A DNA stretch of 64,000 bases, from assembly GCA_963804955.1 (NCBI GenBank), contig CAWDSQ010000016.1, positions 1 through 64,000 on the forward strand. Reading direction: 5' to 3'. Each line of letters begins with the position of its first letter. The stretch's first letter is position 1. The translations under genes and the position numbers were made by a program. The notes under the pieces are model-generated. The model saw only the letters and a list, made by a program, of their open reading frames with translations, ran no database searches and was not told the DNA's origin. Below, one piece after another: positions 40,482 to 53,518 of the stretch. This stretch comes from an uncultured delta proteobacterium. GTDB taxonomy: Bacteria > Desulfobacterota > WTBG01 > CAIYCZ01 > CAIRTM01.

Positions 40482-40930
40482 AGCCTTCTCCTTGTAGTGA
40501 TTTTAAATGCTTAATTCCTGAGTTGCTGCATTATTTGCACATATGCAAAAAAACTGCCGGAGATTCTTCTTTGTACAAAAGTATTCTTCAGCAGCTCAAA
40601 GGTCTCCTTGGCTTCCCATGACATTCTTTTAACACTTCTATAAGAGTCTTATACCGTTTTTTTTTACAAGTAAAGAAGATTTTTGTCCATCATGTAGTCT
40701 GCGTATTACGAAGGGATTAGTTTGTAGATTTCAGTACTGCTTCAAATGACAATATTGACGTTTATTACCACTAATTATGTCAATTTAGCATTAAAACCAT
40801 GCATATTCTTGCATATTTTTCTAGTTCAGCGACTTTCTGCATTGCCAGCTTATCTTCTTTATGATAGGCTCTATGAACCTGATAGATAAACCTCTGCTAC
40901 AGATAACCAGTATTCCTCCAGGTTTTTTAA

Positions 40931-42340
40931 GTGTACAGACATCGCGTAATTACTATATTTTTCCACCTGGCGCTTATTTTTTTGTTATGCGGCGCTTCCC
41001 GGGCTGCAGGCGTCGACAGCCGCGGCTCCCTGCCGCAGCAGGCGCCCATTGAGAACCCCTCTGCGCTGTTCAATGATCGCTTTTTTTACCAGCCTGCACC
41101 TCCGGCAACTTTTACCGCAGCAACATCCGAAGGGCTGGTGACGGTTCAGACAACGCTGCGGGAGGATCTGCAAAAGCGCCTCATGTCCCTTTTTGCGCGC
41201 TCCGGACCCATGATCGCCGCAGCTGTAGCCATTGATGCAAAAACCGGGGCCGTGCTTGCCATGGGCAACAAAACAGCAAAAAACGGGTCGAGCCTGCTGC
41301 CGGAGGGTGCTGACAACTACTGCTTGTACGGCGGTTTCCCGGCGGCATCGCTTGCCAAAATCATTACCGCTGCTGTGGCTCTTGAAAAAAAGGGTTTTAC
41401 TACAGACCATCTTGTGCCGGTGGCCGGACGGTATCACACGCTGTACAGAAGCCAGGTGGGAATTGAACGTTCTCCGTACAAACCCGAGCTGGTTCCTCTT
41501 GATAAGGCTTTTGGCCTGAGCATCAATCCGTATTTCGGAAAAATGTGGCTTGATTCTTTTGCTGATCGCGAGTTTCTGGACATGGGGCAGGGCCTGCTGT
41601 TCAACATGCCTTTGGAGTTTGATCTGCCCGTGACCAAAAGCCGCCTTGTGCCCCCTGCCGACGATTTCCAGCGGGCTGAAGTGGCAAGCGGCTACAATAC
41701 CCGCACAACCATTTCGCCCCTGCATGCAGCTCTCATTGCCGCATTGCCGGCAAATGGCGGGAAACTCATGCGGCCCTATATCATAAACCGGGTCACTGAC
41801 GCAGACGGCAGGCTCCTCTACGCGAACTCAGCCCGGCCGCTCGGCCAGCCCCTGTCTGTGCGCAGCGCTGCGCAGCTCAACGAACTGATGCGGGAAACAG
41901 TGCAGAACGGCACCGCCCGCAATTCTTTTACATATGTGAAGAGGATTGCAGCTGCGAAGGGCTGGACGCTGGGAGGCAAAACAGGGTCTATCGATCTTCC
42001 CGGCCATACGGGCCGCTGTGACTGGTTTGCCGGGTTCGGTCAGGCAGGCCAAAACAGCGTCGCCGTAGCCTGCATTCTCGTGCATGGGGCGCAGCGCACC
42101 ATGCGGTCGTCTTTTGTCGGGGCTGAGCTGATTCGTGGCTGCCTTGACCCTGCAGGCGTTGCTGCTCCGCCGCAGGTCCAGGCGAAGAAAAAGCCCGCGC
42201 CCCGCAAAACAAAGAGCCTGGCCAAGGCAACTCCAAAAGCTTCAACCAAAAAAAAGACAAAGGTCAAAACCCCTGTGCAGCAGGCAGCAAAGCCGGCGAG
42301 CAAAAAAAGACCTGCGTCAACGCCGAATACCGGCGGATAA
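40931..42340 (+). CDS. Penicillin-binding transpeptidase-domain protein with Lys-rich tail
   Basis: SxxK (ASLAK), SxN (SIN), KTG (GKTGS); N-terminal hydrophobic segment. Confidence 0.85.
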   Translation: MYRHRVITIFFHLALIFLLCGASRAAGVDSRGSLPQQAPIENPSALFNDRFFYQPAPPATFTAATSEGLVTVQTTLREDLQKRLMSLFARSGPMIAAAVAIDAKTGAVLAMGNKTAKNGSSLLPEGADNYCLYGGFPAASLAKIITAAVALEKKGFTTDHLVPVAGRYHTLYRSQVGIERSPYKPELVPLDKAFGLSINPYFGKMWLDSFADREFLDMGQGLLFNMPLEFDLPVTKSRLVPPADDFQRAEVASGYNTRTTISPLHAALIAALPANGGKLMRPYIINRVTDADGRLLYANSARPLGQPLSVRSAAQLNELMRETVQNGTARNSFTYVKRIAAAKGWTLGGKTGSIDLPGHTGRCDWFAGFGQAGQNSVAVACILVHGAQRTMRSSFVGAELIRGCLDPAGVAAPPQVQAKKKPAPRKTKSLAKATPKASTKKKTKVKTPVQQAAKPASKKRPASTPNTGG

Positions 42341-42369
42341 AAAAAGCCTGCGCATTGCTGCACAGGCTT
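42339..42369 (-). terminator. Terminator of the atp operon
   Basis: Minus strand AAGCCTGTGCA-gcaa-TGCGCAGGCTT followed by a T run. Confidence 0.7.
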
Positions 42370-42396
42370 ATGAAACTCCGTTTTTTAAAGCCGCTA

Positions 42397-42669
42397 TCAG
42401 GCAACCAGCTCAGCGCTGCGTGCTACGATGCTCACCCCGTCGCTTGAAACCATGAAAAAGCCCGGGCCGACATTCACCTGGTGATCAATCTTTTCCAGAT
42501 CGCGATACGTGAGTATTCCCGTATCGACCGTGCCCAGAAGAGGGGCATGCTCGGGCATGATGCCGACGGGGCCTGCGCCCGACTTAATGACAACAAATAT
42601 TATTTCTTCGTTGAGCACTGTCTTTTCAGGCGTAACCAGTTCAAGCCGGTAGCTTCTCTTGTCCTTCAT
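42397..42669 (-). CDS. atpC: ATP synthase epsilon subunit (N-terminal domain only, 90 aa)
   Basis: LELVTPE, GIMPEHAPL, GFFMV; last gene of the atp operon. Confidence 0.9.
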   Translation of the reverse strand: MKDKRSYRLELVTPEKTVLNEEIIFVVIKSGAGPVGIMPEHAPLLGTVDTGILTYRDLEKIDHQVNVGPGFFMVSSDGVSIVARSAELVA

Positions 42670-42670
42670 A

Positions 42671-44986
<2,316 letters not shown>

Positions 44987-44989
44987 GAT

Positions 44990-46512
44990 TTATTTGAACT
45001 CTTTCTTAAATGCATCGCAGGCGGCGCGAAGACCTTCTGCAACATCGCTGGTCAGCTCTTTTTTCGTGCGCAGTGTTTCCATGACGTGTTGCATTGCTTG
45101 AGCGCAGATAGAGCAGAAATTCCTTCTCGAAGGCCTTGACGCGGTTCACGGGAACATCATCGATAAGCCCCTGGCCTGCGGCAAAAATGATGGCGATCTG
45201 GTTTTCGGTTGCAAACGGTTCGTACTGGCCCTGCTTCAGGATTTCGATCAGGCGCTGGCCGCGGTTGATCTGGGCCTGCGTCGATTTGTCGAGCTCGGAA
45301 CCGAATTTCGTGAATGCTTCAAGCTCGCGGAACTGCGCAAGGTCAAGGCGCAGTGAGCCGGCGACCTTTTTCATGGCCTTGCTCTGGGCATTACCACCGA
45401 CGCGGGACACCGAAAGGCCTGCATTGATAGCCGGACCGAACGCCCGCATAAAACAGTTCGCTCTGCAGATAAATCTGGCCGTCGGTAATGGAAATAACAT
45501 TTGTCGGGATATAGGCGGAAAAGTCGCCGGCCTGCGTCTCAACGATAGGCAGGGCCGTGAGCGATCCGCCGCCGAGCTTATCGGAAAGCTTTGCTGAGCG
45601 CTCGAGCAGGCGTGAATGGAGGTTGAAAATATCGCCGGGGAAGGCTTCGCGTCCCGGCGGCCGGCGCAGCAGCAGCGAGACCTGGCGGTAGGCAACCGCG
45701 TGCTTCCACAGATCGTCGTAAATGATCAGCGCATGGCGGCCCGTATCGCGGAACTCCTCGCCCATGGCGGTGCCCGAGTAGGGAGCGATGTACTGCAGCG
45801 GCGCCGCGTCGCTGGCGCTTGCCGATACGATGATCGTATATTTCATGGCATCGTATTTTTCGAGCGTCTCCACCACGCGAAGCACGGTGGACTGCTTCTG
45901 GCCGATGGCGACATATATACAGTAAACCGGATTTCCGGCGTCGAATTCTTTTTTCTGATTGATGATCGTATCGATGCAGATGGCGGTTTTGCCGGTCTGG
46001 CGGTCGCCGATGATAAGTTCGCGCTGGCCGCGACCGATCGGAATCATGGAGTCGATGGCCTTGATGCCGGTCTGCAGCGGTTCCTTAACCGGCTGCCGGC
46101 CCACGACATTGGGGGCGTTGACTTCAATAGGCCGCAGCTTGTCGGTTGAGATCGGGCCCTTGCCGTCGATGGGCTGACCCAGGGCATTGACCACGCGGCC
46201 GAGCATCGCGTCGCCTACCGGCACCGAGATGATCTGGCCGGTGCTGCGAACGATCTGGCCTTCCTTGATCTTTCGGCTTTCACCCAGGAGCACCGCGCCG
46301 ACTGAATCCTCTTCCAGGTTCAGTGCTATGCCGTTCACGCCGCCTTCAAATTCAAGCAGCTCGGAGGATTTGCATTTCTCAAGGCCGTAAATGCGCGCCA
46401 CGCAGTCGCCCACGGTCAGCACCGTGCCGACGCTCTCCATTTTCAGCTGTTCCTGATAATCCGTAATTTCCTTGCGGATGACCGATGTGATTTCTTCTGC
46501 CCGTAGTTCCAA
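44990..46512 (-). CDS. atpA: ATP synthase alpha subunit (2 apparent frameshifts)
   Basis: [35 protein letters not shown]. Confidence 0.96.
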
Positions 46513-46537
46513 AGTGTAACTCCTTTTAACGAAGTAG

Positions 46538-47102
46538 TTATGCTGCCGATTTGATATTGCCGACTTCTTCCTGCAGGTGCTTGGATAGCCGGCCCAGGCG
46601 GCCTGCGATGCTGCCGTCCAGAATATAGGTGCCGATCATGATCTGCATGCCGCCCAGCAGCGCCGGGTCGACCTTGACCTCGATGATCACCTTTTTATTG
46701 AGCGCCTGCTCAAGCTGCGTTTTCAGCCGCTGCGACCTGATCGGGTGTGGGCTGATAGGCTGCCGTGACTTGCGCGCGCATGATGCCGCGCAGGGCGTCT
46801 GCAGCCTCCCTGAATTGGCCGTAAACCGATGAGAATATGTGCTCGCGCTTTTTCTCGATCACATAATCGATAAAACCGGTCACCACCTCAGGGGCACCAT
46901 CGCCGACTATTTTACGCAGCAGCTTTTTTTTGCGGGCACGGGAGATCGTGGGGTGAAAAAGCAGATTGCGCAAATCCCTGTTTTCCCTGAGTGCCGCGTC
47001 AATGGTTCCCAGCGCCTGCTCGACCGCATCGAGCGTACCCTCGGACTTGGCAGCCTCTATCAAGCCCTGCACATATCGCCGTGTCACGCGCAGCTGGGTC
47101 AC
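46538..47102 (-). CDS. atpH: ATP synthase delta subunit (frameshift near 46740)
   Basis: RRYVQGL N-terminus; VDPALLGG...ILDGS in a second frame; lies between atpF and atpA. Confidence 0.9.
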
Positions 47103-47609
47103 AGGGTTACCCCCCCGATTTTATTGATGGCATCGTCGGTGAGCTTTGCCGCTTCCTTTTCGTCCACTGCCTTGGTCAATGATCTTGCGGGCGATATCAA
47201 CAGAAAGATTCACCACATCCCGGCGAATTTCGGTTATAACCCGTTTTTTCTCCTGCTCGATTTCTGCAAGGCCTCTGTCGCGAATCTGCGCGGCTTCCTG
47301 GCGGGTTTTTTCTATGACTTCCTGACCGGCTTTTTCCGCCCGCTGCGTTGCGCTCTGAACGATAGTTTCAGCCTCCTTGCGAGCCTCCTGAAGCCTTTGC
47401 TCATACTGCAATTTCAGGGAGGAAACCTCATCACGTATCTTCTCATTGGCATCGTAAGCGCCCCGGATTTCATCGGTGCGGCTCTGAATCAGATCCATCA
47501 CGCGGCCGAATAGAAACTTCTTCAGCAGCCAGAACAGAACCATGAAGCCAATGAACTGCGTGAAAAGCACCTTAAAATTTATCTTTAGCGCAGTTAATAA
47601 ATCTTCCAT
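47099..47609 (-). CDS. atpF: ATP synthase Fo subunit b (frameshift near C-terminus)
   Basis: TM QFIGFMVLFWLLKKFLF then coiled coil. Confidence 0.9.
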
Positions 47610-47707
47610 ATGCTTATATAAAATACTTAAGGTTACTGCATTGCAGCCCTGCCCGGGGAACCCGGACCGGCGCAAGTGCATTTCATGACATCAAAAAAAG
47701 CGGCGTA

Positions 47708-47986
47708 TCAACCCTTGCCGACGATTCTGAACAACTCTGTTGCCTGCTCAAGGTTGGGAAGTTTTCCAAGCAGCAGAATGCCGATAACCAGCGCGTAAAT
47801 GGTCAGCGACTCGATAAGCGCTGCACCGATGATCAGGGTTGTGCGCAGGTTGCCTGCAGCCTCAGGCTGACGGGCGGTGCCCTCAAGTGCGGACGAAACT
47901 GCACGGCCGATGCCGGCGCCGCCGCCAAGAGCCGCAAGACCGATACCCATACAAATGCCTAAACCGATAAGACCGAAATAAATCAT
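47708..47986 (-). CDS. atpE: ATP synthase Fo subunit c
   Basis: GxGxG, RQPE, essential Glu in ALIESLTIY. Confidence 0.97.
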   Translation of the reverse strand: MIYFGLIGLGICMGIGLAALGGGAGIGRAVSSALEGTARQPEAAGNLRTTLIIGAALIESLTIYALVIGILLLGKLPNLEQATELFRIVGKG

Positions 47987-48061
47987 GCTGTAACCTCCTT
48001 AAAACGTTGTGGTTTGTTTATTTATTTCTCGTTGAGCCTGTAGCCGGACTACTATTGACTA

Positions 48062-48928
48062 TTAATGATGATCATCCCCCTGCGCGCCAATGGCTTCGCT
48101 GAGATAGATCGTTGACAGCAAAGTAAAAATGGTTGCCTGAATCGTGCTGAACAGCAGCGCCATAAGCACCATAATCAGATGCACCGGCACCGGTATAAAG
48201 CCGAACAGAAACGGCGTCATGATGACCAGCAGGGCAATGGTCAGATCCTCACCGGTAAGATTGCCGAAAAGACGGACAGAGAGGGATATGGGTCGCACGA
48301 GCTCCCCGATGAGATGAATCGGCAGCATGAGCGGCGCCATGAACAGGGGCTCAGCAAAATGCTTGAAATACTTTAGACCCCGGATTCGAACGGCTTCGAA
48401 ATTATAGAAAACAAAAACCGGCAGGGCCATGCTGAGCGTTACATTTATTCTATTGGTAGGAGAATGAAGAAGGGGAATAAGCCCCATGAGATTCATGAGA
48501 AGAATATAGAGAAACAGGGTACCGAGAAATCCGAAATAGCGCCGCGTATACGGCCCGAGCATTTCCCCGAGAAAATTATACAGCCCCTCGACTACAATCT
48601 CGGCAAATGCCTGGGAGCCGCGGGGGATTTTCTCCAGGCGCCGGGTTGCCCACAGCGAAAAACTGACCAGCACAAAGCCGACCAGAATGCACATGATAGT
48701 CGGAATCCAGTCTTCAAGGGATACGCCGAAAACAGGGTCATGGTAGTGCTCAAGAAATTCTTTGGGGTGAGCGCCGCCTAAAAGATGGAAAAAGGAGGGA
48801 AGTTCAAGCTCTTGATGCTCGGTGGCGGGAGCCGGGTTCTTGCTCATCTGATAGGAAAGAACAAATGAGGCAATCACCACAATCCATGCCAGGCCGGAAG
48901 TGATTTTCGATCGAAGAGAACCCTTCAT
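48062..48928 (-). CDS. atpB: ATP synthase Fo subunit a
   Basis: NLMGLIP, SPT, RPISLSVRLFGN, IQATIFTLL. Confidence 0.96.
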   Translation of the reverse strand: MKGSLRSKITSGLAWIVVIASFVLSYQMSKNPAPATEHQELELPSFFHLLGGAHPKEFLEHYHDPVFGVSLEDWIPTIMCILVGFVLVSFSLWATRRLEKIPRGSQAFAEIVVEGLYNFLGEMLGPYTRRYFGFLGTLFLYILLMNLMGLIPLLHSPTNRINVTLSMALPVFVFYNFEAVRIRGLKYFKHFAEPLFMAPLMLPIHLIGELVRPISLSVRLFGNLTGEDLTIALLVIMTPFLFGFIPVPVHLIMVLMALLFSTIQATIFTLLSTIYLSEAIGAQGDDHH

Positions 48929-48959
48929 TGAAACATCCTTGAAAAGACTTTATTAACCG

Positions 48960-49380
48960 TCAATGCTTTTTAAAAAGTTTATTCAGTGCTGCCACCAGTA
49001 TTGCGATCTGCGTAATAGCTATGCCGACTATCAGCGAGGAAGGCCTGATTCCACCCGGCATATATTTGAAAGCAAGCCACAGACCCACACCAAGAACAGG
49101 AAACTTCAGAACAAAAACATGGAGCGCGATGACCGCCATGAGGGGATTTGTCTGCTCCTTGCGCTTGTCCTTCACGATGACATTTACGCACCACCAGGCA
49201 ACAAGGAAAAAGCTGATACTCCGGCAAGAGACCCGACGATAAGACCGTTGGTGACAGCCCTGTCCCCTTCAAAAGCAGATACAAGAATCAGGGCCAGAGC
49301 GATGAGGATAGATAAAAAAAAACTCTTCTTGGGGTATCTAATACCATTTTTATCTTTCCGTAGAGGCTTTTCAATTATGA
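48960..49380 (-). CDS. atpI: ATP synthase I-like membrane protein (start uncertain, frameshifted)
   Basis: Hydrophobic ~130-aa product across two frames, directly upstream of atpB. Confidence 0.6.
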
Positions 49381-49635
49381 CTCACATCACCTTTTTTCCC
49401 GGCTTGTTTATCGCTTACAGCCTTGGTTTCCTGAACAAACTTGAAAAAAGCGCCTAGCCATAAACAGCAAAACCAGCACCACCATGAACCAGGGAGCGGT
49501 ACCGAGCTTACCGTCGATGTAATTACCCAGATAATACCCCATCAGGATACAGGCGCCCATCGTGAGGCCGAAACTCCCGATGTGGGAAACCGACTTGATG
49601 ACATTAGAAAGATCTTTTTTTGTATCAGGTTTCAT
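49371..49635 (-). CDS. AtpZ/AtpQ (ATPase gene 1) family protein (frameshift near C-terminus)
   Basis: GYYLGNYIDGKLGTAPWF motif; first gene of the operon. Confidence 0.85.
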
Positions 49636-49650
49636 ACCTAATTTCTTAGT

Positions 49651-49679
49651 ATGCTAAAGAAAAACCCCTGTAAAGTCAA
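49651..49679 (-). promoter_or_regulatory. Putative sigma70 promoter of the atp operon
   Basis: TTGACT-N17-TAGCAT. Confidence 0.5.
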
Positions 49680-49763
49680 GAAAATTTACAGTGTCAAATT
49701 GTCACTTTCCTAAAACAAATTTTTAAATAAAAATATTTTTAAGAAAAATTTTTATGCAAAAAA

Positions 49764-50402
49764 TTAGAAACTGATTCTGGACTTTCGGCGATTGCGCAGG
49801 CCCTGCAGCCACATGCCGATAATAAAACCGCACAAAACTGCAGCAGCGCCGAAAATAAACCACATAAGCCGCGTATTCTGCGCAAGAGTTTCATTCTCTT
49901 TTGTCAGCTGTGCTGTGATCTCTTTCTGTACCGCAACCTCCTGCTGCGCCTTTTCGATCTCTGCACGCGCTTTTATATAATCGGCGCAGCCGGCTTTCAG
50001 TGCTTCAAAGGCAGCCTCATCTTCTTTCATCTTCAGTGCCTGCTGATTGCGCAGAGTTTCTAAACCTGCCTTTTCCTCTCGAAGCCGGGTCAGCTCTTCC
50101 TGTGCGCTTTTATTCTTTTCCTTCAGCTTTTCACTATCCGCTGGCGGGGCTGCTGTCAGATAGCGCGTATGCAGCCATCCCTCCGTGCCGTTTGCAAGCC
50201 TGATTTGTGCATATTCGTCTTCCGTTGAGAGCACCTCAACCGTATCGCCGGTGCGGACCATGCCCAGCACTTTCGAGCCTGCGGCAAGCCCCTTGCCTGA
50301 GCGCACAGACGCCTCTATCCTGTCGGTAATATACATCGTTTCGGCACCGACAAATGCCGGAAGCATAAAAAGTACCGCTGCTGTCAACAATCCTTTTATC
50401 AT
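49764..50402 (-). CDS. SH3-domain protein (YgiM/TIGR04211-like)
   Basis: Signal peptide, YITD..VRSG, EGWL..RYL, coiled coil, C-terminal TM. Confidence 0.85.
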   Translation of the reverse strand: MIKGLLTAAVLFMLPAFVGAETMYITDRIEASVRSGKGLAAGSKVLGMVRTGDTVEVLSTEDEYAQIRLANGTEGWLHTRYLTAAPPADSEKLKEKNKSAQEELTRLREEKAGLETLRNQQALKMKEDEAAFEALKAGCADYIKARAEIEKAQQEVAVQKEITAQLTKENETLAQNTRLMWFIFGAAAVLCGFIIGMWLQGLRNRRKSRISF

Positions 50403-50689
50403 AGTGCCTCCTGATATCATTCAAAACAAATCAGAATATACAGAAATTTAGAGGCTAGCACAATTTAATAAATTTTAAAAACTTTTAGCCCCAAAAAAAT
50501 AAGTTTAACAGCATTCCAGGGCCTGCGCTACAGAATACGCAAGCACCGGAAGTGCGGACTTTCACCCTCTCCCTCACATAAAAATGCCGCCCTGTTTGCC
50601 GTTAAGTAATTTACCAATAATTTTTTTTATGCTACATATTCCTACACGTACACCACACCGGCAAATCTCAAGCTTAAGAGCCCTGCATC

Positions 50690-51745
50690 ATGCCTATCAA
50701 AATACTTTCACCACTGAGCACCGTTGAGGAAACCGAGCCCCTTATCAAGGCCGGGGCCGGTGAATTCTACTGCGGCGTGCTGCCCGAAGACTGGCGTGAA
50801 AACTACTCCGTGGCCGCATCGCTGAATCGCCGCCAGGAGGATACGCCAGTCTACAACACATCGCCCCATTTTAAAAGCTTTCAGGAGCTGGAGCAAAGCG
50901 TTGCCATTGCCCACCGGCATAATGTGCCCGTGGCTATTACGCTCAATGAGCATTATTACAGCCAGGGCCAGTACCCCTATCTCATCAAGTATATCGAGCG
51001 GGCTCTCGCGGCAGGGGTTGATACCTTTATTGTAGGAGATATCGGCATAATCCTGACTATTCTTGACATGAATCCGCGGGTAAAAATTCACATAAGCACG
51101 GCAGGCACGGCGTTCAATTCATCCTCCGTACATTTTTACCGCGACCTTGGCGCCTCACGCGTTATTCTGCCCCGCCATCTCTCCCTGGAGGAAATCGGCG
51201 AGGTGGCCGCGCACACCAGCGGCATCGAGCTTGAAACTTTCATCCTCAATTCGCGCTGCGCCAATGTGGACGGTTTCTGCACGTTTCAGCACGGCCTTGC
51301 AGATTTTGTCCCCGAAGGTCAGGACAAGCGCGACTATGAAAACGCCTGCATGATGCTGTATAAGATCACCGCCGCCGTCAAGGGCCTGCCGGATGCAGAG
51401 GCGGAACAGGTTCTGCGGGAGAAGGTTTCAATGGAACGGCAGCATTTCTGGTCTGCCTGCCATATCGACGACCGGCCCTGCGGCGCCTGCTCGCTCTATG
51501 AGTTCGAGCAGATGGGCCTTGTCGGGGTAAAGATTGTGGGCCGGGGCAATATAACCGAGCGAAAAGTCAAAGATGTGCAGTTCCTGCAGCAGGCGCTGGA
51601 CTATCTGTATAATCAAAAGCCCTCGAAAAAGCAGTTCCGCTCGCTTGTGCAGAATCTCTACAAAAAGCTGTATAACAGCCCCTGTCTGATTTTTAAATGC
51701 TATTACCCTTCCGTGCTGTTGGACGAAACAGCGCGGGAGCCTTAA
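50690..51745 (+). CDS. Peptidase U32 family Fe-S protein
   Basis: AGAGEFYCG, IHIST, RVILPRHLSLEE, ELETF...C...GFC, CGAC, KIVGR. Confidence 0.85.
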   Translation: MPIKILSPLSTVEETEPLIKAGAGEFYCGVLPEDWRENYSVAASLNRRQEDTPVYNTSPHFKSFQELEQSVAIAHRHNVPVAITLNEHYYSQGQYPYLIKYIERALAAGVDTFIVGDIGIILTILDMNPRVKIHISTAGTAFNSSSVHFYRDLGASRVILPRHLSLEEIGEVAAHTSGIELETFILNSRCANVDGFCTFQHGLADFVPEGQDKRDYENACMMLYKITAAVKGLPDAEAEQVLREKVSMERQHFWSACHIDDRPCGACSLYEFEQMGLVGVKIVGRGNITERKVKDVQFLQQALDYLYNQKPSKKQFRSLVQNLYKKLYNSPCLIFKCYYPSVLLDETAREP

Positions 51746-51776
51746 ACGATCTGCATGTAAAAGAGGGAGGTTCGCC

Positions 51777-52403
51777 ATGATTGAAACACTGCTGAATAAA
51801 ATCCACTGGCTGGGTCATGATGGCTTTCGGATCGAGGCGTCAAAGGTGATCTGCCTTGACCCGTATCAGATAAAATCCACAGTACCGGCCGACATTATAC
51901 TGGTGAGCCACGACCATTTTGATCACTGCTCGCCCGATGACATACAAAAGATTCTAAAAAAAGATACTGTCATTATCACCGACAAGGCTTCTGCGGGCAA
52001 GCTTACGGGTGATGTTCGCGTTGTACAGCCCGGCGACAGGCTGACCGTTCAGGGCGTCGAAATTGAAATTGTTCCCGCATACAACACCAACAAGCAGTTT
52101 CACCCCAAATCAGACGGCAAGCTGGGCTTCATCATCACACTTGACGGCGCGCGCGTGTATCATGCGGGCGATACGGACTTTATACCCGAGATGAAAAAAA
52201 TCAAGGCTGACATAGCCCTGCTGCCGGTCTCGGGAACCTACGTGATGACGGCCGATGAGGCTGTGGAGGCCGCCCTTGCCATAAACCCGAAGTTTGCCAT
52301 CCCCATGCACTACGGCGCCATTGTGGGGAGCGAGTCGGACGCCAAACAATTTGCCGACAAGCTGAAAGGCAAAATTGAAGTAAAAATTCTTCCGCAGGAG
52401 TGA
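51777..52403 (+). CDS. MBL-fold metallo-hydrolase
   Basis: WLGH, SHDHFDH, YHAGDT, IPMHY. Confidence 0.9.
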   Translation: MIETLLNKIHWLGHDGFRIEASKVICLDPYQIKSTVPADIILVSHDHFDHCSPDDIQKILKKDTVIITDKASAGKLTGDVRVVQPGDRLTVQGVEIEIVPAYNTNKQFHPKSDGKLGFIITLDGARVYHAGDTDFIPEMKKIKADIALLPVSGTYVMTADEAVEAALAINPKFAIPMHYGAIVGSESDAKQFADKLKGKIEVKILPQE

Positions 52404-52456
52404 GCGCCCCTCTGGGCTGAAATGGCGTCCGGCACAATACGGCGTCTAATAGGGCG

Positions 52457-52545
52457 AAACAGAGATCCTTCGCAGAGCTCAGGATGACCGCTAATACCAT
52501 ATGTCATTCTGAACGAAGCGCAAGCGCAGTAAAGAATCTCTGTTT
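52457..52545. repeat. Paired REP-like inverted element
   Basis: AAACAGAGATCCTTC...CTCAGGATGAC / GTCATTCTGAAC...AAAGAATCTCTGTTT fold back on each other. Confidence 0.6.
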
Positions 52546-52573
52546 AAATGGACACCGAAGCTGACAGGAAGCA

Positions 52574-53506
52574 ATGGAACCACGCTATCTAAAACTTTTT
52601 CACGAAGGTACGCTGCAGCAGCGCATCCATGACGCTCTTGCGCTGCTTGAGTGCTGCGAACTCTGCCCACGGCGATGCAGGGTAAACCGCCTTGAGAATG
52701 AAAAGGGCGTCTGCCGAACGGGCCGTCATGCCATGGTGTCAAGCTCCGGCCCGCACTTCGGCGAAGAGGCCGTGCTTTCCGGCCGGTTCGGCTCGGGCGC
52801 CATCTTCTTCACCGGGTGCAATCTGCAGTGCGTCTTCTGCCAGAACTATGACATCAGCCATGAAGGCCAGGGCGAAGAATTCACTGCGGAGCAGCTTGCG
52901 GACATCATGATCGGCCTTCAGAACAAAGGCGTGCACAATATAAATTTTGTCAGCCCCTCCCATGTGGTTCCGCAGATCCTCGAAGCACTACCGCTTGCCA
53001 TAGAAAAGGGCTTACACATTCCCCTGGTCTACAACACCGGCGGCTATGATCTTGTGGAGACGCTCAGGCTTCTTGAAGGCATCATCGACATCTACATGCC
53101 CGACTATAAATTCTCACAGGACATACCGGCTCTCTTCTACTGCAAGGCGCCTGATTATCCCGGGGTGGTCCAGTCCGCGCTGCGCGAAATGCACCGGCAG
53201 GTGGGCGATCTTGAAATGAACGACAGCAACCGTGCCGTGCGCGGGCTGCTCGTGCGGCACCTGGTCATGCCCGGCGGTCTGGCGGGCACGCAAAAAGCCA
53301 TGAAATTCCTCGCGGATGAAATCTCTCATTTTACCTATGTCAATATTATGGATCAGTACCACCCTTGCGGCGAGGCTGAGAAATTTCCCGAGCTCAACCG
53401 CAGCATAACCCCCGCAGAATATGAAGAGGCGCTTGAGGCTGCCCGCAACGCAGGCCTGACCCGGCTCGACAACCGCCAGCGGCCGATACTTCTGCACTGG
53501 CGTTAG
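52574..53506 (+). CDS. PflX-family radical SAM protein
   Basis: CELCPRRC, HFGEE, CNLQCVFCQN, HNINFVSPSH, YMPDYK, RHLVMP. Confidence 0.9.
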   Translation: MEPRYLKLFHEGTLQQRIHDALALLECCELCPRRCRVNRLENEKGVCRTGRHAMVSSSGPHFGEEAVLSGRFGSGAIFFTGCNLQCVFCQNYDISHEGQGEEFTAEQLADIMIGLQNKGVHNINFVSPSHVVPQILEALPLAIEKGLHIPLVYNTGGYDLVETLRLLEGIIDIYMPDYKFSQDIPALFYCKAPDYPGVVQSALREMHRQVGDLEMNDSNRAVRGLLVRHLVMPGGLAGTQKAMKFLADEISHFTYVNIMDQYHPCGEAEKFPELNRSITPAEYEEALEAARNAGLTRLDNRQRPILLHWR

Positions 53507-53518
53507 CAAGCGGCCTCA

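Noticed and set aside
40511..40624. 37-aa leader ORF upstream of sbp (MSWEAKETF...)
   Set aside because: Weak RBS, no Cys/Met enrichment and no attenuator structure
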